From: Macrostomum hystrix
Taxonomy: Eukaryota; Animalia; Platyhelminthes
Assembly (NCBI GenBank): GCA_950097015.1
Contig: CATNEN010000038.1
Coordinates: forward strand, 32,674,001 to 32,738,000
Length of the DNA: 64,000 bases
Direction: 5' to 3'
Made by a program: the position numbers and the translations under genes. Positions 1-13,300 of the stretch are shown here, in pieces. Position 1 is the stretch's first letter. Every line of letters begins with the position of its first letter. The notes under the pieces were generated by a model that saw nothing but the letters and a program-made list of their open reading frames with translations, did no database searches and was not told the DNA's origin.

Positions 1-1174
1 ATGTTTATGGGAAGTTAAGTCCGTAATTAACTAAACCGAAACAAAATGGCCAACAAAATTGCTGGTAATATATTCAAAGCAATTTGTAGGTGAAGATTTT
101 AACAAATTTATTAAACTATTTTTTGTATTTACAATTTCGCTTTTATTAAATATATTTAAAACTTTATTAGATATACATAAAATAGCCTGAAATTTTTTAT
201 AAGCTTAGTTATTTATTTTCCCGTATGAACTCCCTGACATGGATGATTTTACCATGGAAAGTTTTAAAAATCCATGCATGAAAATACCATGAACATGCAT
301 GATTTATCAATGGATCATGGATCATAGATGATTTATCCATGATAAGAGAGTAGGGTACGCCTTCTATCTGTCGTTGCATAGTCATAGATACCGGGACAGG
401 TAAACCGGTCCAACCAGCTAGTCGGAGAAAACCCCATACTCAATCCCACGTCAGTAAGTAGCTTGCGCTGAGCTCGGCACGTCTGGCCAACTGCTGACGG
501 AGTGTTAGACAGGGATTGGCAAGCACGGAAGTACTCTCCATCTCGCCGACAATCATCGTTGGGACGCCGTCGAATTGACATTTGGTGTGGCACGATAGAA
601 CTATCGTCGTGCCATAGTGCGGAAGTGCTTGCTGGTCGCCTCGGTTTCAGACTAGGGACTTTGGGTTAGGTTTTCGTGTTATTGGGCCTCGTAATTTGTC
701 TTGTTTTTTTATAGGGACTATCTGCTTTTTGTCCAGGAGTTATTTGTGTTAACCGTTGTGGTTATTTCGGTGAGTTCTTGTCATTGTCCAGAGCGTTTTC
801 GAGTTGAGATCGAGTTATCGTGATTTCGTTATTATCGAGTAGAGTTCGCGTTGTTATTCTTGTGTTGAGGTTATTGAGATTTTGTTTAGTAAATTACCAG
901 TAAGTTGTTGTGAATTGTGAATTGTTATATTTAATTTTGAGTACAGTATCTGGCAGGGGACGGAAAAAGCACTGCCAGGGGAATTAATTTTTCATAGCCT
1001 TCTCTTATTAACTAATTAATAACTAATTAACACTTAAATATCAGCTGCTTAGCTTGGACTTTTGAATCGTCTTGTCTTCGTTATTTTCGAGTTACGGCAA
1101 TAGAATCTCTCGCAAAGAGTAGGGCACCCGACCTCATTTAGGACCTCAACGCAAAAAGACCTAAGTAAAAAAAA

Positions 1175-4100
1175 TCAGAGCCTGGGCGCGAACAAAGGCC
1201 GCACCGCCGGCAGAGTCCGGGGCACCAGTGTCGGCCAGCAGCAATCGACCAAATTCCGAGTTCGGGCCTGGCCGCGCCGGTAGGGTGCCTGCAGCGTGAG
1301 CAGCAGCACCTCCTGCACCGGCTGTGGGCAGTAGGACTCGGCGCGGATGATGTGGCCTTCCGGCTGTAGTCGCCGACAGCGCAGATATTCACTTGGACGG
1401 GTCAGGCCGGCGCGGCGATAGAATGCAGCGTTAGTAACTCGCTCGTCGCTGATCTTAAAGACGGCGCGCAGCAGGCCGGCGTTCGCCACGTTTACTTGCT
1501 GTTCGAGCGAGTCCGTCAGAGTCCAGGTCTCAGCGTTGTACAACAGGACGGTCTCGAAGACCGCCTGGAACAGCACCGCCCTCTGGCGATCAGGTAGGGC
1601 CTCGGACTGCAGGACCGCCCTCACAGAACAAAAGGCAGCCCAGGCGAGCCCGCGGCGACGCCGCAGATCTTCGCGGACGTCAGGTACCAGACCACCGAGG
1701 TAGACGAACTGTTGACAGCGCGGAAGCTCAGTGCCTCGGCAGAGAATTGCGGCCTCGATGTCACCCTGCCCGCAGAGCACCACGGTCTTCCTCGTGTTGA
1801 CCACCAGGCTGACGCTCGCTGCAACGCCAATAGGCTTGTCTAGCTGGCGCTGGGCGCCCTCTACAGTCGAGGACAACATGGCGAGGTCGTTGGCGTAGCC
1901 AAGCACGTTGAGCCGCCTTTCCGGTTGACGTCGATCCCCGCGTCGGCGCAGAAGGAAACCATGATCGTCGGTAGGCAGAGCATTTAGAGTAGAGCAGAGT
2001 ACCAGGTCAAGCATCAGGACGAACAGGAACGGCGCTAGCGTGTACCCTTGAAGCACCCCGGAGGATGTCTCGAAGGAGTCAGACAGGCCGTCCGGCGTCA
2101 TCACAGCTGCTCTCATAGCACACACAGTACAACGCCATGATGGCGGAGATCAGCTGCTCTGGCACATGATACGCATGGAGCACATGCGGGAGCGCAGTCC
2201 TCGCTAACGAGTCGAAAGCCTTCGTGAAGTCAATGAAGACGACAATCAGTCCAACTGGCGCGTGCGCACCTCTTCGATGATGCGGTGAAGAGCCAGAATG
2301 TGCCGCGGTGGGGCCGAAACTCATTCTGCTCAGGTCGCAGGTAGGGATCCAGCACGGGTTGCAACCGCGATAGCAGCATCCGGTTGAACAACTTCGCGAC
2401 GCAGGATTGCAGGCAGATTCCTCTGCGCTCCTGCCTCTAATCGTGTGGTGCCCGGCTTCTAAGGAATGGTGATGATGTGCGCCATGGTCCAATCCGTGAG
2501 CGCCGCCTCACCGAAAAGTACGAGGTTCATCACACGGGCGACCTCACTGGCCACACAGTGGATGCGCATCGCCTCGATGGGCACCTCGTCTGGACCAAGC
2601 GCTTTGCCGCCCGATGTCTTCTGGTCGAGCATCACTACATCAGCCAGGGTGACTGGTGCTACACTGAAGCTCTCCTCCGACGGCAACGGCGTCTCTGGTG
2701 GCGTCAGGATGTTGGGCAGCGGGGGGAGAAAGCGGTGAAAAACTCGCGCAGCTCGTTCCAGCGCTCATCCGAAGTGTCGCCTGCCAGGATCAGCTTGATG
2801 CACCGCTTCCGCCCCCGACAGAGAATTAATGGCAGACCAGGCCACGCGCCCTCTCGCGTCGGGCCCTGCGGCAGCGACGGCTTGGATGACTTCATCGACA
2901 GCGGCACGCTGCCGCTGCAGATAAACTGGCGCCAGAGCCTCTTCCGCCTCACGAGTAGGTTGCCTGCTCAGACGGAGCCTATCCAATTCCTCCCTCTTGT
3001 TGAATCGCGGGTCGTCAGACTGGCAGCCCATGCTGGGCCGGTCGCATCAACGGAACCGCTTGTTCTGCGGCGGCTCGTTCTGCGGCACTTACATCCGCGT
3101 ACTCGGCGCCTCCACGCTTGCCGCCGAGCGCAGTGATAAAAGGCTAGCAAAGCGGCGATGCGTCTCGGCGTCTTTGAGGGCGCGGTAGTAGCGCCGCGGG
3201 TGCCGCTTAGGCGGACGATAGAGCGCATCAGGCCGCAGTTCAAGGTCAAGGTCGCAGATGAGGAGCTGATGATCGGACCGTCGAGACAGCGGCGTGATAG
3301 TGCGGCAGCGCTCTCGGAAGCGCACGAGCACGTGGTCGAGCTGTGCCAGCCTCCTCGTAGCAAACCGGCACGCGCGCATTCTACCGCCTCCGCTTACACC
3401 CCACGAAAGTCGCGAGCCTGCTGGGTGACTTACAGAAGCAAGTGTTGGCCGACACCATATCCTGCCTCTCCAGGAAGTCCTCCAGCGCTTGAGTGTTGCC
3501 GTTCTCGTGGGGCGCCACAAACAAACGTGGGGCGTGGGGCTCGGACCTGCGCGGAACTGCGTTTAGGTCTCCGATCAGGATGACTACTGTGTCGCGCTGC
3601 GCCGTTTCCTCCACGCGTGCAGAGAGCTGCTCGAAGAAGCTCTGAGCCTCATCTGGGCGGGTGGCAGGGGGTGCGTAAACTCAGAACAGGGCAAGCATTC
3701 CAGTCGCGAAGCCTGACGTCTACCCGAGACAAGCTGGAAGAGCAGCGATAGCTCTGCTGCAGTCTCGGGCCAATCAGTGCTGACCAACTCCGATCCACGA
3801 CCTCGTTGATCCGCTGAGGTGTACCAGAGTGTCCAACCGGAGCCCAAGTCCTCAAAGTGAAGTCCAGGATGGGTTCTGATGGACACCTCCTCATGTGAGA
3901 TGACGTCACAACTGAGGTCGAGCGCTAGCTTTCCCAGCAACCCTCTCCGTCAGGCGGCCTTAAGAGTGCGACAGTTCAGCGTCCCGACTCGAAGTGTGTC
4001 CTGTGGTAGAACTGGGGCTCGGTAGTGGTGAGCCTCATGGTCTCCGGCGCCGCCCGGAAGACCCAGATGAACTCGTATGGCAGCAGCTCGGCGCGACGCC

Positions 4101-4233
4101 ACGTTGCCAGCCTCGCCGGTTTCGCTCGCGACGGCGCTCAACTCGCCGATGCGCGCTCCGCTGCCCCCGCTTTGTCCTGCCGCTGGGGGACACAGCGCGG
4201 CTCACCGTCTTGACCACGAGGAGGTCGCGGCAT
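1175..4233 (-). mobile_element. Decayed RTE-like non-LTR retrotransposon (APE endonuclease + reverse transcriptase), frameshifted
   Basis: Minus-strand ORF fragments in order. APE motifs: LRVGTLNCRTL (3950-4141), DVIS-x-EVSIR and ILIGDLNA. RT motifs: KALGPDEVP, VFIDFTKAFDS, GVLQGYTLAPFLF, LGYANDL (YADD mutated), FVYLG and LLYNAETWTLT. Several frameshifts and stops; no TSD identified. Confidence 0.9.
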
Positions 4234-4499
4234 GTTTCTGCACCGGAGTGCAAATAAATTAAGACTAATATTAAGAATGAATAAAGAGAAGTAAATAAAA
4301 TATGGATTAACAATAATTATAAAATATTTATTTATAGCGCTAGTGTACATCCTCCTTTCCCCCGGTCTGGGGTGCATTTGTTAAGGTTAGTATCTTTAGT
4401 AACAATATGAAACATTAGCCTATCGCAAATAGAAAATCTGCGCTTTTTGTCTCCGGGCTCTGTATTGTCGTTTTTAAGTGTCAGACTAAATAGTTCGTA

Positions 4500-4680
4500 T
4501 CCGATGTAACTCGTTTTTATCCGTTTCCGCCATTCGCCATCCGCGTTTTATCCATTATTTCCGTTCCGCATCCGCATCCGTTTCCGCAATCCGCGTTTTA
4601 CTAACTATTTCCGTATTCCGCGTTTTATCCGACGCATCCGGTCCGGATCCGCGTCCGTTTCCGCGTTTTATCCGGTACCG
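4500..4680. repeat. Cluster of ATCCGCGTTTTA(TCC) motifs, probably the subterminal repeats of a non-autonomous DNA element
   Basis: Four CCGCGTTTTA copies interspersed with TCCG repeats, ending in TCCGGTACCG. The element assignment is inferred. Confidence 0.45.
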
Positions 4681-5405
4681 TTGAAACGTGAAAAGTACAA
4701 TTTTGAATACATAAACATTTACAAACTAAAATATCGAAGAGTGAAGGACTTTACATAAGAGTCGAATCATATTTATTTTATCTTACCTACACAAAAATGC
4801 TTGTGCAAACAAACTTTTTTTACTACATTCTTCTCTATCTTTCGTTATAACTATGTCATTTTTTCGTTTAGTTTTAAAATTAGGCAAATGTAAACTAAAT
4901 TAAATATAACTTAATAATGTAATGGTTTCCCGATGGATAGGCCTATTGAGATTGATATTCGATGAATCAAAATTCTATAAAATAAAACAAACTCGGAGTG
5001 TCGACACTTTATATTCTCCATACAGCAACCGAGATATGATATCGTGTAAAATTTCTACCAAATTGGACTGGTAGTTTCGGAGATCCTACACACTAAATAT
5101 ACTACTTGCTAATATACTGGATATACTGGACTGGAATATATAATATAATATAATATAATTCCAATATAATATACTGGAAATAATTCATATTAGTAACTCA
5201 CTTAAATATTATGAGTCTGCAGGTCTAGCTGATAAATAAACAACATTTATTGGTCTAAAATTCTAGTTTCTTTTATAATCAAAGTAGTAAATAAAAAATC
5301 TGGCAATCTTTCAGTTCAGCACGTTTAATTGTTTTTAATTTTATTTAGTCAATTTCATAACTTCAGAATAACTTCAGTTTGACAACTCAATCTCAAATTA
5401 CCAGC

Positions 5406-5765
5406 ATGGCAGGATGTCCACCAGCTCCAACAACCATTGTACCACCTGGTGAACTTTGACAGCCTGCCGAATTGTGCAACTTGGACCCTATGATGCATGA
5501 ACTGAGTGCGATGACAGCAAATCCAATGGAGACCGTCAAGTGGCTGGCCAAGTATCGGCTTCTGGCAAATGAATGCTATTGTGACAGTTGTCCCAGTCAT
5601 CCATCAATGCATCTTCAATGTCGTGGTTGAGACCGCTTTGTTGATGACTGTGCATGGGCCTGTCCCCAATGCCGATTGCAGGCTTCAGTCCACAAGGGTT
5701 CCTTCTTCGAGGGAAGCTATCTGATGCTGACCCAGCTACTTGACCTGATCTACTGTTGGGATTAG
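5406..5765 (+). pseudogene. Merlin/ISXO2 (IS1595-family-like) transposase N-terminal zinc-ribbon remnant
   Basis: Reading through two TGA stops gives ...VKWLAKYRLLANECYCDSC...MHLQCRG*DRFVDDCAWACPQCRLQASVHKGSFFEGSYLMLTQLLDLIYCW. This matches the CxxC...WxCxxC...SxxxGSxFE...LIYxW pattern of these transposases. The DDE domain is absent. Confidence 0.7.
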
Positions 5766-6222
5766 GCCTACTGGTTTTAAATCGTCTGAAATGATTAAAC
5801 CTTCGAAACTGCAAGATTGCCAAAAATCTAAATAATATTTGTCAAAAAATTTATTCTATATCTTAATTTAAATTGTTAAATTAATTTAGGTTGTCTATTA
5901 TATATACATATATACACATAAAATTTATGTTTGTTTAAAATTAGGGCTACTAAACCATTTTGCCACCCATTAAAAGGTAGGCCTAGTAAATTTTTTGGCA
6001 GCGCCTGAATGCTAACAGCATTTGGTGGTGACTGATTGATTGACACAGTAGACAATGGTGTTCTGGGCTTAAGCTATGTCAAATATTTAAGTTTGAACAG
6101 TGAAATTTGATAATTTTGTATCAAGGTGTCCATAATGCCTTATTTCCACTTGTTGTAACCTTTGAAGGTCCAAGTAATCCATCTAGATAAAGGTAGGTAA
6201 CCACTATATTAGGGTAAGATTC

Positions 6223-6511
6223 TCATACATACGCAACACCCAGCCAACCTGGCCAAACCAGCCGGGTGAAATGAGGGCCATGGGCCAAGCAAGGTAAGTC
6301 GCAAAAACCAATCAACCAAGCGCAAAAAAATCAAAGGGGGACCAAGGGACAAAAAAGGAAGGCGTGAAGAAAAGGAAAAAGGGGAGAGAAAAAGAGAGCA
6401 AATGAGAGCAAACTAAGTTGTAAATAGAGCAATGAAATGAACTAAGTCTCAAATGAGAGCAAAAACTAAGTTGCACGGCCGGCTAAGATTTGGGAGGTTG
6501 CGCATGTATGA
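6223..6511. mobile_element. MITE with imperfect ~20-bp terminal inverted repeats
   Basis: TCATACATACGCAACACCCA at 6223 pairs with TGGGAGGTTGCGCATGTATGA ending at 6511. Internal AAATGAGAGCAAA direct repeats. Confidence 0.55.
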
Positions 6512-7388
6512 AGATATTAATAAATTTTGAAAGCCTGGTAAGGCTGCACTGCCCCCATACTCCCCCATACAATGCCTCACACCCATCCTACTGCATATAA
6601 GACAAACTCAAACAAGCAGACATGCAGAAGGCAGGGGTTATACTATTTTTTAATTAGCTTTGGTTGCACTGAATGAGGTGCATCTCCGTAAGTCATTACT
6701 TTGCAAACCTCCAACTAAGCCCCAAAATAATTGTGACTTGGAGGGAGAAATGAACCAGCTACTATTTAAATGTGAGGCAGCTAGCTGCTAACTGACTCAT
6801 CCCTCATTTTAAACTTGTTATAATGTAAAAATATATTCTTTTAAGAATTGTTTTTGCTATTCAGGAATTGTGTTTAGAATCCAGGTATTAATAAATGTAA
6901 TTATATTAAGAGAAAGTAAATGTACTAGTCCTTTTTTATAAAAAAATAGGTTTAATGCCAAAAGGCACAATTTTTTTTTACACTTAAAACGATTTATGGT
7001 ATTTTTAATTCAGATCATTAATGTGTTTTTTGTCTTGACTCTTGTGTATGAACAAAAAACTTTATCATGTCATGAGTATGGACTTTAAGTGCAATGTTAA
7101 AAGTATTTATTTAGGTACTATAAAAATTAAGCATTAATTATACATTTATAGGTACTGAGTGCCGCCCCAATTTTTAATTTAGTGGCAATTTTGACAATAA
7201 AACTCATTCTAGATTTCAATAAATCAGTTTAATTTTTTATTTCAGTCTAGACCTGGGTGCAACAAAGCTAGTTGCACTCGTCCCAACACTGGGAGAGGAT
7301 GCACGATTTTAACAAATTCTGTCCATTGTAAAAGTCCAGAAGAAATTCATTGAATTCATTTGTCATTGCCACTGCAAGCAAACTGGAA

Positions 7389-10300
7389 ATGGCCGCAACA
7401 ACTACAACATCGAATTCTACGGCTAGTCTGGCTCCAACCTCGGCAGAGGAGATTGCCGCCCTGTTTAATCTGGTTGGCGGGTCCGGCACAATAGCTGTAC
7501 AGCAGCAAGAGCAGCAGCAGCAGCAGCTTCAGCAGCCTGTTCTTCATCAAACAACAGCGACAACATCGCAGCAGTGTCAACTGCCAACTGCTGAGATAGT
7601 TTTGAGCACATCCGAGTTAGCAGACCCGGCCGCGCTGCAACAGAAACTGTCTGCCGTTCTAGCCCAGCTGAGAGGTGAAGAACAGTTTAATAGCGGCGCA
7701 AGTATTGTTGGCGGATTCGGTTCCGGCGCTACTCAGAAAATTATTATTCGAACTGAACCAGTTGTTCAGCAACAGCAGACAATAGTGACTGCGGCGAATG
7801 CGATTTCTGTCATCAAACCTGAGCCTGAGCTTCAACTGCAGCAGTTGCAACTGCAGCAACAACAGCGCAGAGTTTCGATTGTGACTGTGCCTAACATTGT
7901 TGATCAACAAAGTTCCATTGTATCAACATCGTCTCAGCCAATGCTTCTGTTAAATAATAAGTCGATCATTTCTAGCGGAGTTGGCGGAACCGGCAGTTTA
8001 GTATTAATTCCGCTTGATTCGGCTAACAATTTTCAGTTGGAACAGAATCAGCAGCAACCGATTCAACAGCAGCCTATTTTAATACCGCAACGATTGCCAC
8101 AGCAGCAGCAGCAGATCAAGCAGCAACCATTGCAGCCTCAGCTAAGAAGGTTGGTAACAGTGCGACCTAAAATTGAACAGGTGAGTGAAACTATACCTTC
8201 TGCATCATCTTCGAGTAATTAGTCAATTAATATGGACTTGTTTAATAAAATATAATTCATGATAAAAAAATTTAATGCGAACTTCAGTCTTTTAGGCATT
8301 GTAATAAAAATATAAGGAAAAAATTATTGTAGAAGTACGTACTACCGCATCATATAATGGGTAATAACCGATTTACTTATTAATAATTAAAACTAAAATG
8401 GCATAGACTGAAAGATAAATAAAGTGGAAATGACAGATGTACTTGAATGATAATTAAAGTTGTAATAACATATGGACTGAAGGATAATTAAAGCTGTAAT
8501 GACAGATGTACTGAATGATAATTAGAGCTGTAATAACATATGTACTGAATGATAATTAAAGCTGTAATAATAGATGTACTGAATGACAATTAAAGCTGTA
8601 ATAACATATGTACTGAATTATAATTAGAGCTGTAATAACAGATGTACTGAATTATAATTAGAGCTGTAATAACAGATGTACTGAATTATAATTAGAGCTG
8701 TAATAACATATGTACTGAATTATAATTAGAGCTGTAATAACAGATGTACTGAAGGATAATTAGAGCTGTAATAACAGATGTACTGAATTATAATTAAAGC
8801 TGTAATAACATATGTACTGAATTATAATTAGAGCTGTAATAACATATGTACTGAATTATAATTAAAGCTGTAATAACAGATGTACTGAATTATAATTAGA
8901 GCTGTAATAACAGATGTACTGAATTATAATTAGAGCTGTAATAACATATGTACTGAATTATAATTAGAGCTGTAATAACAGATGTACTGAAGGATAATTA
9001 AAGCTGTAATAACAGATGTACTGAATGACAATTAAAGCTGTAATAACATATGTACTGAATGATAATTAAAGCTGTAATAACATATGTACTGAATGATAAT
9101 TAGAGCTGTAATAACAGATGTACTGAATGATAATTAGAGTTGTAATAACAGATGTACTGAATTATAATTAGAGCTGTAATAACAGATGTACTGAATTATA
9201 ATTAGAGCTGTAATAACAGATGTACTGAATGATAATTAAAGCTGTAATAACAGATGTACTGAATGACAATTAAAGCTGTAATAACATATGTACTGAATGA
9301 TAATTAAAGCTGTAATAACATATGTACTGAATGATAATTAGAGCTGTAATAACAGATGTACTGAATGACAATTAAAGCTGTAATAACATATGTACTGAAT
9401 TATAATTAGAGCTGTAATAACAGATGTACTGAATTATAATTAGAGCTGTAATAACAGATGTACTGAATTATAATTAGAGCTGTAATAACATATGTACTGA
9501 ATTATAATTAGAGCTGTAATAACAGATGTACTGAAGGATAATTAGAGCTGTAATAACAGATGTACTGAATTATAATTAAAGCTGTAATAACATATGTACT
9601 GAATTATAATTAGAGCTGTAATAACATATGTACTGAATTATAATTAAAGCTGTAATAACAGATGTACTGAATTATAATTAGAGCTGTAATAACAGATGTA
9701 CTGAATTATAATTAGAGCTGTAATAACATATGTACTGAATTATAATTAGAGCTGTAATAACAGATGTACTGAAGGATAATTAGAGCTGTAATAACAGATG
9801 TACTGAATTATAATTAAAGCTGTAATAACATATGTACTGAATTATAATTAGAGCTGTAATAACATATGTACTGAATTATAATTAAAGCTGTAATAACAGA
9901 TGTACTGAATTATAATTAGAGCTGTAATAACAGATGTACTGAATTATAATTAGAGCTGTAATAACAGATGTACTGAATTATAATTAGAGCTGTAATAACA
10001 TATGTACTGAATTATAATTAGAGCTGTAATAACAGATGTACTGAAGGATAATTAGAGCTGTAATAACAGATGTACTGAAGGATAATTAGAGCTGTAATAA
10101 CAGATGTACTGAATTATAATTAAAGCTGTAATAACATATGTACTGAATTATAATTAGAGCTGTAATAACATATGTACTGAATTATAATTAGAGCTGTAAT
10201 AACAGATGTACTGAATTATAATTAGAGCTGTAATAACATATGTACTGAATTATAATTAGAGCTGTAATAACAGATGTACTGAAGGATAATTAGAGCTGTA

Positions 10301-13300
10301 ATAACAGATGTACTGAATTATAATTAAAGCTGTAATAACATATGTACTGAATTATAATTAGAGCTGTAATAACAGATGTACTGAATTATAATTAAAGCTG
10401 TAATAACATATGTACTGAATGATAATTAGAGCTGTAATAACAGATGTACTGAATTATAATTAGAGCTGTAATAACATATGTACTGAATTATAATTAGAGC
10501 TGTAATAACAGATGTACTGAAGGATAATTAGAGCTGTAATAACAGATGTACTGAATTATAATTAAAGCTGTAATAACATATGTACTGAATTATAATTAGA
10601 GCTGTAATAACAGATGTACTGAATTATAATTAAAGCTGTAATAACATATGTACTGAATTATAATTAGAGCTGTAATAACAGATGTACTGAATTATAATTA
10701 GAGCTGTAATAACATATGTACTGAATTATAATTAGAGCTGTAATAACAGATGTACTGAAGGATAATTAGAGCTGTAATAACAGATGTACTGAATTATAAT
10801 TAAAGCTGTAATAACATATGTACTGAATTATAATTAGAGCTGTAATAACAGATGTACTGAATTATAATTAGAGCTGTAATAACAGATGTACTGAAGGATA
10901 ATTAGAGCTGTAATAACATATGGACTGAAGGATAATTAAAGCTGTAATAACAGATGTACTGAATGATAATTAAAGCTGTAATAACATATGTACTGAATGA
11001 TAATTAGAGCTGTAATAACATATGGACTGAAGGATAATTAAAGCTGTAATAACATATGGACTGAAGGATAATTAAAGCTGTAATAACATATGTACTGAAT
11101 TATAATTAGAGCTGTAATAACATATGTACTGAATTATAATTAAAGCTGTAATAACAGATGTACTGAATGATAATTAGAGCTGTAATAACAGATGTACTGA
11201 AGGATAATTAGAGCTGTAATAACATATGGACTGAAGGATAATTAAAGCTGTAATAACAGATGTACTGAATGATAATTAGAGCTGTAATAACAGATGTACT
11301 GAAGGATAATTAGAGCTGTAATAACATATGGACTGAAGGATAATTAAAGCTGTAATAACATATGGACTGAAGGATAATTAAAGCTGTAATAACATATGTA
11401 CTGAATTATAATTAGAGCTGTAATAACAGATGTACTGAAGGATAATTAGAGCTGTAATAACATATGGACTGAAGGATAATTAAAGCTGTAATAACAGATG
11501 TACTGAATGATAATTAAAGCTGTAATAACAGATGTACTGAATGATAATTAAAGCTGTAATAACATATGTACTGAATTATAATTAGAGCTGTAATAACAGA
11601 TGTACTGAAGGATAATTAGAGCTGTAATAACATATGGACTGAAGGATAATTAAAGCTGTAATAACAGATGTACTGAATGATAATTAAAGCTCTAATAACA
11701 GATGTACTGAATGATAATTAAAGCTGTAATAATAGATGTACTGAATGACAATTAAAGCTGTAATAACATATGTACTGAATGACAATTAAAGTTGTAATAA
11801 CATATGTACTGAATTATAATTAAAGCTGTAATAACATATGTACTGAGTTATAATTAGAGCTGTAATAACAGATGTACTGAATTATAATTAGAGCTGTAAT
11901 AACATATGTACTGAATTATAATTAGAGCTGTAATAACAGATGTACTGAAGGATAATTAGAGCTGTAATAACATATGGACTGAAGGATAATTAAAGCTGTA
12001 ATAACAGATGTACTGAAGGATAATTAAAGCTGTAATAACAGATGTACTGAAGGATAATTAAAGCTGTAATAACAGATGTACTGAATGATAATTAGAGCTG
12101 TAATAACAGATGTACTGAATGATAATTAGAGCTGTAATAACAGATGTACTGAAGGATAATTAAAGCTGTAATAACAGATGTACTGAAGGATAATTAGAGC
12201 TGTAATAACATATGTACTGAATGATAATTAGAGCTGTAATAACAGATGTACTGAATGATAATTAGAGCTGTAATAACATATGTACTGAATGATAATTAGA
12301 GCTGTAATAACATATATACTGAAGGATAATTAAAGCTGTAATAACAGATGTACTGAAGGATAATTAAAGCTGTAATAACAGATGTACTGAAGGATAATTA
12401 AAGCTCTAATAACAGATGTACTGAAGGATAATTAAAGCTGTAATAACATATGTACTGAAGGATAATTAAAGCTGTAATAACAGATGTACTGAAGGATAAT
12501 TAAAGTTGTAATAACAGATGTACTGAAGGATAATTAAAGCTCTAATAACAGATGTACTGAAGGATAATTAAAGCTGTAATAACAGATGTACTGAATGACA
12601 ATTAAAGCTGTAATAACATATATACTGAAGGATAATTAAAGCTGTAATAACAGATGTACTGAAGGATAATTAAAGCTGTAATAACAGATGTACTGAAGGA
12701 TAATTAAAGCTCTAATAACAGATGTACTGAAGGATAATTAAAGCTGTAATAACATATGTACTGAAGGATAATTAAAGCTGTAATAACAGATGTACTGAAG
12801 GATAATTAAAGTTGTAATAACAGATGTACTGAAGGATAATTAAAGCTCTAATAACAGATGTACTGAAGGATAATTAAAGCTGTAATAACATATGTACTGA
12901 AGGATAATTAAAGCTGTAATAACAGATGTACTGAAGGATAATTAAAGCTGTAATAACAGATGTACTGAAGGATAATTAAAGTTGTAATAACAGATGTACT
13001 GAAGGATAATTAAAGTTGTTATAACAGATGTACTGAATGATAATTAGAGCTGTAATAACAGATGTACTGAAGGATAATTAGAGCTGTAATAACAGATGTA
13101 CTGAAGGATAATTAAAGCTGTAATAACAGATGTACTGAAGGATAATTAGAGCTGTAATAACAGATGTACTGAAGGATAATTAAAGCTGTAATAACAAATG
13201 TACTGAATGATAGTTAAAGCTGTAATGACAGATGTAATAAGCTGATAAAAACAATTAAAATTAACAATTCGTACAGGTCAATTACTCATCATCGCCATCA

